Below are positions 37,842 to 51,215 of a stretch of 64,000 nt of DNA, piece by piece. Position 1 is the first letter of the stretch; each line of letters opens with the position of its first letter. The DNA comes from Isurus oxyrinchus (taxonomy: Eukaryota), in the NCBI GenBank assembly GCA_026770705.1, contig JANJGN010000071.1:186001-250000 (forward strand), read 5' to 3'. The position numbers were made by a program, and so were the translations under genes. The notes below the pieces were generated by a model that searched no databases, had not been told where the DNA came from, and saw nothing but the letters and a program-made list of their open reading frames with translations.

Positions 37842-39255
37842 TAGGTAAACAAGGAGCAGGAGTAGGCCATTCAGCCCCTTGAGGCTGGTCCATCATTTAA
37901 TAAGATCTTGGCTGATCTGATATTAACCTGAAATCTGCATCCCATCCACCCCCGATCACCTCTCACCCCCTTGCTTACCAAGGATCTGTGCTGCTCTGCT
38001 TTAAAAATATCTGAAGACCCTGTTTCTCCCATCATTTCAGGAAGAGAGTTCCAAAGACTTACAAACCCTGATAGAAAAAAATTTCATCTCATCTCTCTCT
38101 TAAATGTACGTCCCGTTACTTTTAATCAGTCACCCCGAGTTCTAGATTCTTCCATAAGAGGAAACTCCCTCTCCACACCCACCCTGTCAAGACCCCTCAG
38201 GATCTTACATGTTTCAGTCAAGTCACCTCTTACTCTTCTCAACTCCAGCTGATCCAATCCTAGTCTGTCCAGCCTTTCCTCATCAGACAAACCCACCCAT
38301 TCCAGGTATTGGTCTGGTAAACCTTCTCTGAACTGCTTCCGACGCATTTACATCCTTCCTTAAATAAGGAGACCAATACTGTACACAGTACTCCTAATGT
38401 GGTCTCAGCAGTTCCCTGTACAACTGAAGTGTAGCCTCCCTACTTTTGTATTCAATTCCCCCTCACAATCAATGATAACGTTTTATTAGCTTTCCTAGTT
38501 ATTTGCTGAACCTGGATATTGGCCTTTTATGATTCATGCACTGGAACACCCAGATCCCTCTGCACTTCAGAACTATGCAATCTCTCACCACTTAGATAAC
38601 ATGCTTCTCTTTCATTTCTCCTGTCAAAATGGACCATTTCATATCCCTGTCTCATCAGCAAATTTAGTTACCATCCCAACAATCCCTTCATCAAAATGAT
38701 TTACAGAAATTGATAACTGTTGTGGTCCCAGCACTGACCCCTGTGGCACATCAATCCTCACATTCTGCCAACCTGAAAAAGACCCATTTATGCCTACTCG
38801 CTGCTTCCTGCTAGCTAGCCAATCTTCTAACCATGCCGAAATGTTAGCCTCTACATAATGAGCTTTTATTATCCACAATAACCTGTGATGTGGCACTTTA
38901 TCCAATGCCTCCTGGATGTATAGGTACAGTACATCCACCAGTTCCCCTTTATTCACATGTTACTTCCTCAAAGAAATCCAATAAGTTGGCTAAATGCAAT
39001 TTCCCTGTCACAAAACAATGTTGACTATGCCTGATGACATTGAGCTTATTGGAGTGCCCTGCTATAACGTCTTTAATAATAGCTTCTAACATTTTCCCTA
39101 TGACAGATGTTAAACCTATAGTTGCCCAATTTCTGTCTCCCTCTCTTTTTGAATAATGGAGCTACATTTCCTATCTTCCAATCTAATGGGACCTTCCCTC
39201 AATCTAGGGAGTTTTGGAAGATGAAAACCAATGTATCAACTATCTCACCAGACAC
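37842..39255 (-). mobile_element. CR1 LINE inserted about 15 nt from the gene B C-exon donor
   Basis: DKVPHHRLL...RKQRVGINGSFSGW...VPQGSVLGP...KFAD. Absent at the homologous positions of genes A and C. Confidence 0.8.
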
Positions 39256-39272
39256 TGGATGTCCATACTTAC

Positions 39273-39569
39273 CTTGCACAGTCAGTACGAGGGTCCGCTC
39301 CGATGAAACAGATGGATATCTCACTCTGCAGCTGAGAGTGTGTCCGTGGTGTTTGCGTGATGGGATCAGGGTCAGAACAGAAGTATAGGTCAGAGTGACA
39401 CCATGCTGAGTTACAGTGTTTGAGACTGATCCAGGTACGTCAGTGGGAGTGTCCCAGGTTAAGACAGGTGCTGCTGTTCCATTGCACGTTGTGTTGAAGG
39501 TGCAGCTTACATCCACACGCTTTCCTGCAATAATTTCAGCAGGGAATATCGTGGGTTTATCTGTGAAAT
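39273..39569 (-). CDS. Gene B second Ig (C2-set) exon
   Basis: 297 nt, open, near-identical to 60861-61157 and 4639-4935. Confidence 0.9.
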
Positions 39570-39969
39570 CTAACAGACAGAGAATGGATCCTTTTAGAGA
39601 AATATAACGTGAAGCATCAGTTCAAATAGAAACCACAGTCCCACAAGAGAAAGCACTTTTACAAGGATGATGTCAGAACTGAGAGGTTACAATGATCAGG
39701 AAAGACTTTTAAACTGGATTAGAGAGATCGATGAGAGTGAATAACCTGATAACATTAGTGGACACAGTCAATGCATTTCATCATTGATATTAAAGTGAGT
39801 ATTAGAGGTTGCTTTAGGACAGAACTGGAAGCTATCACCAGGTTATTGAGAATCAGACAGTGTGTTATAATAAGCTGTGTTTTGTGTTAATGTGTAAACA
39901 TCACAGTTTGTGGTATTTCCCATTGAGTGTTGAATGTGAATTGGTGAGTAATTATAACACAGCACTTAC

Positions 39970-40338
39970 CAGAAACGTGAAGCTGGGTTACAGGGTAATA
40001 GTTATGGCTCGGACCATTGTCAAATTCTATTCTGAAAAAATAAGGTCCTGCATCTTCCCGTCTGATGTTGTTTATAATCAGGGAACAGTCGCCATCTTTC
40101 AGGTCTCCAGACAGCCGGGTCCGATGGTGGAACCGTGGTAACTTGTGTCTGTGATCCTTGGAGTGAAAGGCAATGGGAGCCCAGGGAATCTCTTTCTCGT
40201 TATTAAACCAGACTCCACCTCGCGGTTGGTTTTCAAATTTTGCTGGATAACTGTAATGACATGGAATCTGTACACAGGAACCTTCCTGCGCTGACACCTC
40301 TCGTGGAGTGTCACCTTTCCACTCTTGTGACAGTCCAA
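39970..40338 (-). CDS. Gene B Siglec-like V-set exon
   Basis: 369 nt, open, AG/GTAAGT. EGSCVQIPCHY, GDCSL, YFFRIE. Confidence 0.92.
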
Positions 40339-40884
40339 CTGGGGAGAGAAATATCAATATTTAACCCTGGATAGTTTGTAGATCCACTAGACTCGATATC
40401 CACCCCCTCCATCACTGGGGCACAGTGGCTGCAGTGTGGACCATCTACAGGACACACAAGGAACTCCCCAAGGTTTCACAATGGATGGTAGAGAATCCTG
40501 GACACAGGAGTGGACAAGTTCATTCTACATTGGCTCATGGTCCTCAGGACCCTGTTTAGTGAAGCCAGTCTTCCACCCAACACAGTGTCTACAAGACACA
40601 CCAATTGAGATCCATTCAGTGCTGATTTACAAGACAGGACAATGGATTAGGAGCCCTCAGAACTCCCCCCATTATCACCGTCATGAATCACTAATTAGCC
40701 TAACATTCCTGTCTGCTCTTCAACACAGCTGATTGGCTAATCTGATTCAATCTGATTGGTGTTCATTCTCTCTTCAATGTTTAAGGAATCACCAATCACT
40801 CGGCCTCTAGTTATTCTCCTCCCCACAAGGGGAAATATTCTCTGTCTACCCAGTCAACTAAAAACTTTCCTCTAAACCTACCAT

Positions 40885-41460
40885 CATACCCCTATGTTCC
40901 TTTCTCCCTCATGTGTTAATCCAGGTTCCATCTTAAATACATCAATACTATTCACCCCAGCCACTCCCTGTGGGAGCGAGTTCCACATTCTCCCCACTCT
41001 CTGGGTAAAGACGTTTCTCCGGAATTCCCCATTGGGTTTATCAGTGATGATCTCATATTGAGGGCCCCTAGTTCTGCTCTCCTCTCCCAACAAGAGGAAA
41101 CACTCTCTCTGTATCCACTCCATCAAAACCTTTCTCAGTTTTAAACACCTGGATTAGGTCATCCCCTCAGCCTTGTCTCTTCTAGGGAAGAGAGACCCAG
41201 CCCGTCAGTCCTGTCCTCATATGTTTACCCCCACATTTCTGGGATCATCATTGTCAATCTTCTCTGCGCCCTCTCCAGTGTCTCTATATCCTTTTTATAA
41301 CACGGTGACCAGAACTGCAGGCAGCACGGTCAATGTAGACTGACCAAGGTTCAATACAGGTTTTCCATCACTTCCCTGCTTTTCAGTTCACTCCCTTTCA
41401 GAATAAAGTCTAGCGTTTGGACTGCTATTTTTCTGACCTGGTTAATGTGTGGTGTAACTT
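40885..41460 (-). mobile_element. CR1 LINE fragment
   Basis: FRRNVFTQRVGRMWNSLPQGV. Confidence 0.7.
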
Positions 41461-42049
41461 TTGGTGAATGATGTATCTGTATCCGTTCTCCCTGTGTTCC
41501 TCCATCCCACCTTGGCCTGAGATCCAGACTGACCTCGTGCATCGTGAGCAGAGAGCCGGAACGCCGAGTCCTCACAGACCTCGGGAGGTTCACACGTGCG
41601 CGGGGGGCTCGCAGCACAATTTGTCATTTTTGGGGGGGGCCGAGGCAGACCCCAGGGTGTCTGTGCAAAAATGGAATCTTGTCGCCTTATTCTCTTAGCA
41701 AGTGTCTTGACTCTCAAACAACGTCTACTTGAAACAAAACGTTATTGGTTCCTGACTGAACTTCACCAAAAAAAAAATTGGGTGTCTGTTCCTCCATCAG
41801 CAACTCTTCAGAATCCTGCTGAAGTCACGGATATTTCAGAAGGACAGGGAACAAGAGGTTTCTGGTATCAGCGTTTTGTGTGGGGCCCAGTTCAGTTTGA
41901 ACAAATAAACAACACCATCTTTGAAAGTCATGAACCCAACCCACCTTTCCCGTTCTCTCCGGTGTTTTTCTCTCTCTTGCTCGATAATTTGATTCTGCCA
42001 AGGACCCCTTGGAAAATCATGGACCACAATTAGACAACCAATGGAATAA

Positions 42050-42160
42050 GAAATCTCTTTGGATGCTCATTGTCTAAGGAATCTCTTTGGATCTTCATTG
42101 TCTAAGGAATCTCTTTGGATCCTCATTGTCTAAGGAATCTCTTTGGATCCTCATTGTCTG
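42050..42160. repeat. Short tandem repeat of about 28 bp
   Basis: TCATTGTCTAAGGAATCTCTTTGGATCC x 3-4. Confidence 0.8.
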
Positions 42161-43345
42161 GTGGATTATTTCTGATCCAAACCCCATATTGTTGTATTGT
42201 TGATTCCGATGCAGCATTGTAGACTGACTTGTCCCCAAGCTCAGCACTGACCCTACTCCAGCAGACACTGTGAAACACACTAACAAAGGGCCTCTAGCCT
42301 GAGCTCTGCATGTGTCGGAGGTGCCGCTGTGGTGGGTTCATGACTTTCAAAGATGACGTTGTTTATTTGTTCAAACTGAACTGGGTCCCATATGAAACGC
42401 TGATACCAGAAACCTCTTGTTAACTGTCCTTCTGAAATATCCATGATTCAGCAGGATTCTGAAGATTTGCTGATAAGGATCTAAAATTCTCTGATTGTTG
42501 AATGATACAGCACAGGAGGAGCTCATTTGACCCATCGTGCATGTGCTGGCTCTTTCCCAATTCCTCTCCAGCACCTTTCACACATCCCTGCAAATTTCCC
42601 TTCAAGTATTTATCCAGTTCCCCTTCTGAAAGTTCCTGTCGAATCTGCTTCCACCGCCCTTTCAGGCAGTGAGTCAATGGTCTCTCTCTGAGCTGCAAAG
42701 TGCCCAGATTCTGTGAAATTTGAACTCTGCAGCAGATCAGAGACAATCATGATAACTCAGAATATTTGACAGTTTTACACACAGACAGCTTTGCCTCCCT
42801 TCTCTCTTTCAGTTATCTTGCTCCCTTATCAAAGTTTCTGGCATGGTGTGAATGGACAGGAAGTGTGACACTGAACAGCCTGTCTATTCTAGGAGCTGCT
42901 GTGTTGTCTTCATGGGAAATTCTGACCAAAATCAGCAAAAGACACAAATTTCAGGATATTGCTATCAGAATCCTAGCACCTGGATAGATTTCATCCCCCA
43001 GGTTCGTTCCCTGATTTTCTGCTCAACACATCACTCCCCATCTATCACTGACCAACAGCCGACATCACCTGAAGTTTAAGATTCTGCTCTAGCTGCTACA
43101 ATCCTGCCTAATTGTGTAACCGTCTCCAGCCCCTACAACGCTCTGAGATCTCTATTCTTCTCCAATTCTGCTGTCAGACAGGGAGTCAGTGTATATCAGT
43201 GAGCACAGGGGTGATGGGTGAATGGGACTTGGTGTGAGTTTGTACACTGGCTCACTGCTGAATTAGTTCCCAATCACAGCTCAATAAGAATGATCTTTAC
43301 AAAGACCCTTTACCATAAATCTGTCCAAGCTGACGATGATATTAC

Positions 43346-43385
43346 CTTGGAGAAGTGACAGGAGGAAGTAAGATTTCCCGATCAT
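43346..43385 (-). CDS. Gene B signal-peptide exon, copy 1, proximal (MIGKSYFLLSLLQ)
   Basis: Joins the V exon as MIGKSYFLLSLLQ|VGLSQEW. Upstream polypyrimidine-CAG acceptor starts the exon at 43427. Confidence 0.82.
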
Positions 43386-43835
43386 TGTCTACTCCCAGAT
43401 ATTACATTCACTTCTCACTCTCAAACTCTGAAAGAGAAAGGAGTTAATGAGACCTCACCTCTTGTCCGACAGCTCTCGAGGGATCAGAACTGCTTTTAGA
43501 CAATGTCTTCACAGACAAATTTGATTCACGGTGGGATGATAGGTGCTCTGCAGAGAGTTACAAGGCTTTAAGGAAGAAAAACAATGAAGGATTTGCATTA
43601 GTATAGCACCTTTCACCACCTCAGGGCATCCAAAATCTCATGTCACTCCACTTCCCTCATCCCTTGAGCTAGAAAGATGTTCTGTACAACAGACTTGAGC
43701 CTCACACCCAGATCTCAATAATCAGTAGAAATCTTTCAAAGGCATCAATCATTGGAATCTGTCTTTATAAAGTCACAACATCAACAAAGTACGGTGTTGG
43801 CGGTGGAAGTGAATTCCAATCGTTCCGTTACTTAC

Positions 43836-43980
43836 CCAGGACCTGTCCGACTGCTCGCCTGGGGAGGAACTGCCCACACGCTCTGCTTGGGCTGAATGAC
43901 CTCTTCCTGTGCTGCTCCCTCTGTGTATTTAATTAGAAAGAGCTGATGTGTCTCTGTGAGACAAAATGAGGAAGTTGGAA
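43836..43980 (-). promoter_or_regulatory. Putative promoter and non-coding exon 1 of gene B (repeated at about 45598, 47362, 49124)
   Basis: CCTGG|GTAAGT donor at 43836. PU.1/ETS-like AAAATGAGGAAGT at 43963-43975 (AAAAGAGGAAGT at 45724 and 49250). No transcript evidence. Confidence 0.5.
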
Positions 43981-45112
43981 CAAAGTGAGTGAACAGCACT
44001 TAGCTGTGCACTGTTAGCAAACCCTGTGTCTGTATAAGAATATAAGAACAGAACAAGTAGGATCAGCTGGACACCCTGACATTTTCATTCCTTACATGCC
44101 AGCCACTCATTTTTTTATCCACTCACTGAAACTATTTATCTGCCTCTGCAGCCTCTTTGTGTCCTCCTCACAACTTGCTTTCCTGCACAGCTTATATATT
44201 TCCTACCTATCTTCACCATACAGTCAGAAAATCTGTCTACAGTACAGTCAGTCCCTTCATCCAAGTTACTAATGTAGATTGTGAATAGTTGATGCTTTGA
44301 AATATCTGTCTAATTATTCCCACGCTCAGCTCTGCTCTCTCCTCCAAAGCCCTGCAAAATTTGCCCTTCAAGTATTTATCCAGTTCCCCTTCTGAAAGTT
44401 CCTGTTGAATCTGCTTCCACCGCCCTTTCAGGCAGTGAGTCAATGGTCTCTCTCTGAGCTGCAAAGTGCTCAGATTCTGTGAAATTTAAACTCTGCAGCA
44501 GATCAGAGACGCTCATGATAACTCAGAATATTTGACAGTTTTACACACAGACAGCTTTACCTTCCTTCTCTCTTTCAGTTATCTTGCTCCCTTATTGAAG
44601 TATCTAGCAAGGTGAGAATGGACAGGAAGTGTGACACTGAACAGCCTGTCTATTCTAGGAGCTGCTGTGTTGTCTTCATGGGAAATTCTGGTTAAAATCA
44701 GCAATAGACACAGAATTACAGCGCATTGTTATCCGTGTCCTAGCATCAGGATAGCTGTCATCCCCCTGTTTTTTTCCCTGATTTTCTGCTCAACCCATCA
44801 CTCCCCATCTATCACTGACCAACAGCCGACCTCACCTGAAGTTTAAGATTCTGCTCTAGCTGCTACAATCCTGCCTAATTGTGTAACCGTCTCCAGCCCC
44901 TACAACGCTCTGAGATCTCTATTCTTCTCCAATTCTGCTGTCAGACAGGGAGTCAGTGTATATCAGTGAGCACAGGGGTGATGGGTGAATGGGACTTGGT
45001 ATGAGTTTGTACACTGGCTCACTGCTGAATCGGTTCCCAATCAGAGATCAATAAGAATGATCTTTACAAAGACCCTTTACCATAAATCTGTCCAAGCTGA
45101 CGATGATATTAC

Positions 45113-45152
45113 CTTGGAGAAGTGACAGGATGAAGTAAGATTTCCTGATCAT
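45113..45152 (-). CDS. Gene B signal-peptide exon, copy 2 (MIRKSYFILSLLQ)
   Basis: Same structure, 40 nt, intact donor. Confidence 0.7.
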
Positions 45153-46871
45153 TGTCCACTCTCAGATATTCCATTCACTTCTCACTCTCAAACTCTGAAA
45201 GAGAAAGAATTTAATGAGTCCTCACCTCTTGTCCGACAGCTCTTGCAAGATCAGAACTCCTTTTAGACAATGTCTTCACTGACTAATTTGATTCACGGTG
45301 GGATGATAGGTGCTCTGCAGAGAGTTACAAGGCTTTAAGGAAGAAAAACAATGAAGGATTTGCATTTGTATAGCACCTTTCACCACCTCAGGGCATCCAA
45401 AATCTCGTCACTCCACTTCCCTCATCCCTTGAGCTAGAAAGATGTGCAGTACAGCAGACTTGAGCCTCACACCAGATCTCAATAAACAGTAGAAATCTTT
45501 CAAAGGCATCAATCATTGGAATCTGTCTTTATAAAGTCAACATCAACAAAGGACGGTGTTGGTCGTGGAAGTGAATTCCAATCGTTCCGTTACTTACCCA
45601 GGACCTGTCCGACTGCTCGCCTGGGGAGGAACTGCCCACACGCTCTGCTTGGGCTGAATGACCTCTTCCTGTGCTGCTCCCTCTGTGTATTTAATTAGAA
45701 AGGGTTGATGTGTCTGTGTGTTTAAAAGAGGAAGTTGGAACAAAGTGAGTGAACCGCACTTTGCTGTGCACTGTCAGTACACCCTGTGTCTGTATAAGAA
45801 TATAAGAACAGAACAAATAGGATCAGCTGGACACCCTGACATTTTCATTCCTTACATGCCAACCACTCATTTTTTTATCCACTCACTGAAACTATTTATC
45901 TTCCTCTGCAGCCTCTTTGTGTCCTCCTCACAACCAGCTTTCCAGCACAGCTTATATATTTCCTACCTATCTTCACCATACAGTCAGAAAATCTGCCGAC
46001 AGTACAGTCAGTCCCTTCATCCAAGTCACTAATGTAGATTGTGAATAGTTGAGGCTTTGAAATATCTGTCTAATTAGTCCCACGCTCAGCTCTACTCTCT
46101 CCTTCAAAGCCCTGCAAATTGTCCCCTTCAAGTATTTATCCAGTTCCCCTTCTGAAAGTTCCTGTTGAATCTGCTTCCACCGCTCTTTCAGGCAGTGAGT
46201 CAATGGTCTCTCTCTGAGCTGCAAAGTGCTCAGATTCTGTGAAATTTAAACTCTGCAGCAGATCAGAGACACTCATGATAACTCAGAATATTTGACAGTT
46301 TTACACACAGACAGCTTTGCCTCCCTTCTCTCTTTCAGTTATCTTGCTCCCTTATTGAAGTTTCTAGCAAGGTGAGAATGGACAGGAAGTGTGACACTGA
46401 ACAGCCTGTCTATTCTAGGAGCTGCTGTGTTGTCTTCATGGGAAATTCTGGTTAAAATCAGCAAAAGACACAAATTTCAGGTTTTTGCTATCAGAGTCCT
46501 AGTACCTGGATAGATTTCATCCCCCAGGTTCTTTCCCTGATTTTCTGCTCAACCCATCACTCCCCATCTATCACTGACCAACACTCGACATCACCTGAAG
46601 TTTAAGATTCTGCTCTAGCTGCTACAATCCTGCCTAATTGTGTAACCGTCTCCAGCCCCTACAACCCTCTGAGATCTCTATTCTCCTCCAATTCTGCTGT
46701 CAGACAGGGAGTCAGTGTATATCAGTGAGCACAGGGGTGATGGGTGAATGGGACTTGATATGAGTTTGTACACTGGCTCACTGCTGAATCGGTTCCCAAT
46801 CAGAGATCAATAAGAATGATCTTTACAAAGACCCTTTACCATAAATCTGTCCAAGCTGACGATGATATTAC

Positions 46872-46911
46872 CTTGGAGAAGTGACAGGAGGAAGTAAGAT
46901 TTCCCGATCAT
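46872..46911 (-). CDS. Gene B signal-peptide exon, copy 3 (MIGKSYFLLSLLQ)
   Basis: Same structure, 40 nt, intact donor. Confidence 0.7.
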
Positions 46912-48638
46912 TGTCCACTGCCAGATATTCCATTCACTTCTCACTGTCAAACTCTGAAAGAGAAAGGAGATAATGAGACCTCACCTCTTGTCCGACAGCT
47001 CTCGAAAGATCAGAACTCCTTTTAGACAATGTATTCACTGACTAATTTGATTCACGGTGGGATGATAGGTGCTCTGCAGAGAGTTACAAGGCTTTAAGGA
47101 AGAAAAACAATGAAGGATTTGCATTTGTATAGCACCTTTCACCACCTCAGAGCATCCAAAATCTCATGTCACTCCACTTCCCTCATCCCTTGAGCTAGAA
47201 AGATGTTCTGTACAACAGACTTGATCCTCACACCCAGATCTCAATAATCAGTAGAAATCTTTCAAAGGCATCAATCATTGGAATCTGTCTTTATTAAGTC
47301 ACAACATCAACAAAGGACGGTGTTGGTGGTGGAAGTGAATTCCAATCGTTCCGTTACTTACCCAGGAGCTGTCCGACTGCTCGCCTGGGGAGGAACTGCC
47401 CACACGCTCTGCTTGGGCTGAATGACCTCTTTCTGTGCTGCTCCCTCTGTGTATTTAATTAGAAAGAGCTGATGTGTCTCAGTTTATCAAAATGAGGAAG
47501 TTGGTACAAAGTGAGAGAACAGCACTTTGCTGTGCACTGTCAGTAAACCCTGTGTCTGTATAAGAATATAAGAACAGAACAAATAGGATCAGCTGGACAC
47601 CCTGACATTTTCATTCCTTACATGCCAGCCACTCATTTTTTTATCCACTCACTGAAACTACTTATCTGCCTCTGCAGCCTCTTTGTGTCCTCCTCACAAC
47701 TTGCTTTCCTGCACAGCTTATATAATTCCTACCTATCTTCACCATACAGTCAGAAAATCTGTCTACAGTACAGTCAGTCCCTTCATCCAAGTCACTAATG
47801 TAGATTGTGAATAGTTGATGCTTTGAAAGATCTGTCCAATTATTCCCACTCTAACCTCTGCTCTCTCCTCCAAAGCCCTGCAAAATTTACCCTTCAAGTA
47901 TTTATCCAGTTCCCCTTCTGAAAGTTCCTGTTGAATCTGCTTCCACCGGCCTTTCAGGCAGTGAGTCAATGGTCTCTCTCTGAGCTGCAAAGTGCTCAGA
48001 TTCTGTGAAATTTAAACTCTGCAGCAGGTCAGAGACAATCATGATAACTCAGAATATTTGACAGTTTTACACACGGACAGCTTTACCTTCCTTCTCTCTT
48101 TCAGTTATCTTGCTCCCTTATTGAAGTATCTAGCATGGTGAGAATGGACAGGAAGTGTGACACTGAACAGCCTGTCTATTCTAGGAGCTGCTGTGTTGTC
48201 TTCATGGGAAATTCTGACTAAAATCAGCAATAGACACAAAATTACAGCGCATTGTTATCCGTGTCCTAGCATCAGGATAGCTGTCATCCCCCTGTTTTTT
48301 TCCCTGATTTTCTGCTCAACCCATCACTCCCCATCTATCACTGACCAACAGCCGACATCACCTGAAGTTTAAGATTCTGCTCTAGCTGCTACAATCCTGC
48401 CTAATTGTGTAACCGTCTCCAGCCCCTACAACCCTCTGAGATCTCTATTCTCCTCCAATTCTGCTGTCAGACAGGGAGTCAGTGTATATCAGTGAGCACA
48501 GGGGTGATGGGTGAATGGGACTTGGTATGAGTTTGTACACTGGCTCACTGCTGAATCGGTTCCCTATCACAGCTCAATAAGAATGATCTTTACAAAGACC
48601 CTTTACCATAAATCTGTCCAAGCTGACGATGATATTAC

Positions 48639-48678
48639 CTTGGAGAAGTGACAGGATGAAGTAAGATTTCCTGATCAT
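48639..48678 (-). CDS. Gene B signal-peptide exon, copy 4 (MIRKSYFILSLLQ)
   Basis: ATG...CAAG|GTAATA, 40 nt, phase 1, in frame with the V exon. Confidence 0.7.
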
Positions 48679-50039
48679 TGTCCACTCCCAGATATTCCAT
48701 TCACTTCTCAATCTCAAACTCTGAAAGAGAAAGGAGATAATGAGACCTTACCTCTTGTCCGACAGCTCTTGCAAGATCAGAACTCCTTTTAGACAATGTC
48801 TTCACTGACTAATTTGATTCACGGTGGGATGATAGGTGCTCTGCAGAGAGTTACAAGGCTTTAAGGAAGAAAAACAATGAAGGATTTGCATTTGTATAGC
48901 ACCTTTCACCACCTCAGGGCATCCAAAATCTCGTCACTCCACTTCCCTCATCCCTTGAGCTAGAAAGATGTTCTGTACAACAGACTTGAGCCTCACACCA
49001 GATCTCAATAAACAGTAGAAATCTTTCAAAGGCATCAATCATTGGAATCTGTCTTTTTAAAGTCAACATCAACAAAGGACGGTGTTGGTCGTGGAAGTGA
49101 ATTCCAATCGTTCCGTTACTTACCCAGGACCTGTCCGACTGCTCACCTGGGGAGGAAGTGCCCACACCCTCTGCTTGGGCTGAATGACCTCTTCCTGTGC
49201 TGCTCCCTCTGTGTGTTTAATCAGAAAGGGTTGATGTGTCTGTGTGTTTAAAAGAGGAAGTTGGAACAAAGTGAGTGAACAGCACTTTGCTGTGCACTGT
49301 CAGTAAACCCTGTGTCTGTATAAGAATATGAGAACAGAACAAGTAGGATCAGCTGGACACCCTGATATTTTCATTCCTTCTATGCCAACCACTCATTTTT
49401 TTATCCACTCAGTGAAACTATTTATCTTCCTCTGCAGCCTCTTTGTGTCCTCCTCACAACCAGCTTTCCAGCACAGCTTATATATTTGCTACCTATCTTC
49501 ACCATACAATCAGAAAATCTGCCGACAGTACAGTCAGTCCCTTCATCCAAGTCACTAATGTAGATTGTGAATAGTTGAGGCTTTGAAATATCTGTCTAAT
49601 TATTCCCACGCTCAGCTCTACTCTCTCCTTCAAAGCCCTGCAAAATGTCCCCTTCAAGTATTTATCCAGTTCCCCTTCTGAAAGTTCCTGTTGAATCTGC
49701 TTCCACCGCCCTTTCAGGCAGTGAGTCAATGGTCTCTCTCTGAGCTGCAAAGTGCTCAGATTCTGTGAAATTTAAACTCTGCAGCAGGTCAGAGACAATC
49801 ATGATAACTCAGAATATTTGACAGTTTTACACACAGACAGCTTTGCCTTTCTTCTCTCTTTCAGTTATCTTGCTCCCTTATTGAAGTATCTAGCAAGGTG
49901 AGAATGGACAGGAAGTGTGACACTGAACAGCCTGTCTATTCTAGGAGCTGCTGTGTTGTCTTCATGGGAAATTCTGGTTAAAATCAGCAAAAGACATAAA
50001 TTTCAGGTTTTTGCTATCAGAGTCCTAGTACATTTGCTA

Positions 50040-51215
50040 ATCTGATTTGTCTAATCGATATGACGATTGAAAACTCCCATGATTATTGTGGTGCCTTTCT
50101 CATAAACCTCCTGATGTATTGATTTATAATCTATCCCTGCAGTGTAACTACTGTCAGGGGGGAGTATAAACCAACCCACCAGTGATTTCTTTCCCTTGCA
50201 ATTCCTTATATTCACCCAAACTGACTGTGCATCTTGACATCTGAGCCAAGATCATTTCTCACTACTTTACAGGTCTCATCTTTTATTAACAGAGCGACCC
50301 CACCTCCTTTTCATTTTTCCTATCCTTTCAAAGATTCCAAATATCCTTCAATTTTCAATTTCCAACCTTGGTCACCTTGCAACCAACTCTCTGCAGTGTC
50401 CATCTTATCGTACCCATTAATCTCTATTTGTGCTATGACTTCATTCATTTTGTTCCAAATTAATGTTTTATATATTCATTCTTCCATGGGAAGTGGGCAT
50501 CACTGGCTAGGCCAGCATTTATGGCCCATCCCTAATTACCTTGAGAAGGTGGTGGTGAGCTGCCTTCCTGAACCTCTGCACTCCATGTGGTGTAGGTACA
50601 CCCACAATGCAGTTAGAGAAGGAAGTCCAAGATTTTGACCCTAGTGGCAGTGAAGGGACGGCGATATATTTCAAAATCAGGATGATGTGTGTCTTGGAGG
50701 GGAACTTCCAGGTGGTGGTGTTCCCCTATGTCTGCTGCCCTTGTCCTTCTCAATGGTAGAGGTCGTGGGTTTGGAAGGTGCTGTTGAAGGAACCTTGCTG
50801 AGCTGCTGAAGTGCATGTTGTAGATGGGATACACTGCTGCCACTGTGCATTGACGATGGAGGGAGTGAGTGTTGCTGTGGTTGAGGGGGAGCCAATCAAG
50901 CGGGGCTGCTTTGTCCAGGGTGGTGTCAAGCTTCTTGAGTGTTGTTGGAGCTGCACTCATCCAGGCAAGTGGAGAGTATTCCATTCACGCTCCTGCCTTG
51001 TGCTATGTTGATGATGGACAGGATTTGAGAAGTCAGGAGGTGAGTTACTCACCGCAGGATTCCCAGCCTCTGAGCTGCTCTTGTAGCCACAATGTTTATG
51101 TGGCTGACCCAGTTCAGATTCTCGTCAATGGAAACCCCCAGGCTGTTACCACTGGGAGATTCAGTGATGGTGCTGCCATGGAATATCAAGGATAGATGGT
51201 TAGATTCCCTCTTGC
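50040..51215 (-). mobile_element. Nested LINE fragments
   Basis: MEYSPLAWMSAAPTTLKKLDT, similar to 24430-25500, inside older LINE-like sequence. Confidence 0.6.

Larger units (their letters stand above)
42580..50030. repeat. Tandem array of about 1.76-kb promoter/5'UTR/leader units (about 4.2 copies; higher-order period 3526 bp)
   Basis: Leader spacing 1767/1759/1767 bp. Alternate copies share diagnostic variants. Matching ORFs recur at an offset of 3526 (44237/47763; 45973/49499). Confidence 0.9.

Noticed and set aside
26667-43385. Assigning CD22, MAG, CD33 or SIGLEC1 symbols
   Set aside because: Domain number comes from recent local duplication, and orthology needs phylogeny and synteny.
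44237-49750. Recurrent ORFs MQLRERPLTH..., MTLNSLSILG..., MESVF...
   Set aside because: They recur only because of the 1.76-kb tandem array, are partly LINE-derived, and vary in length and stop position between copies.
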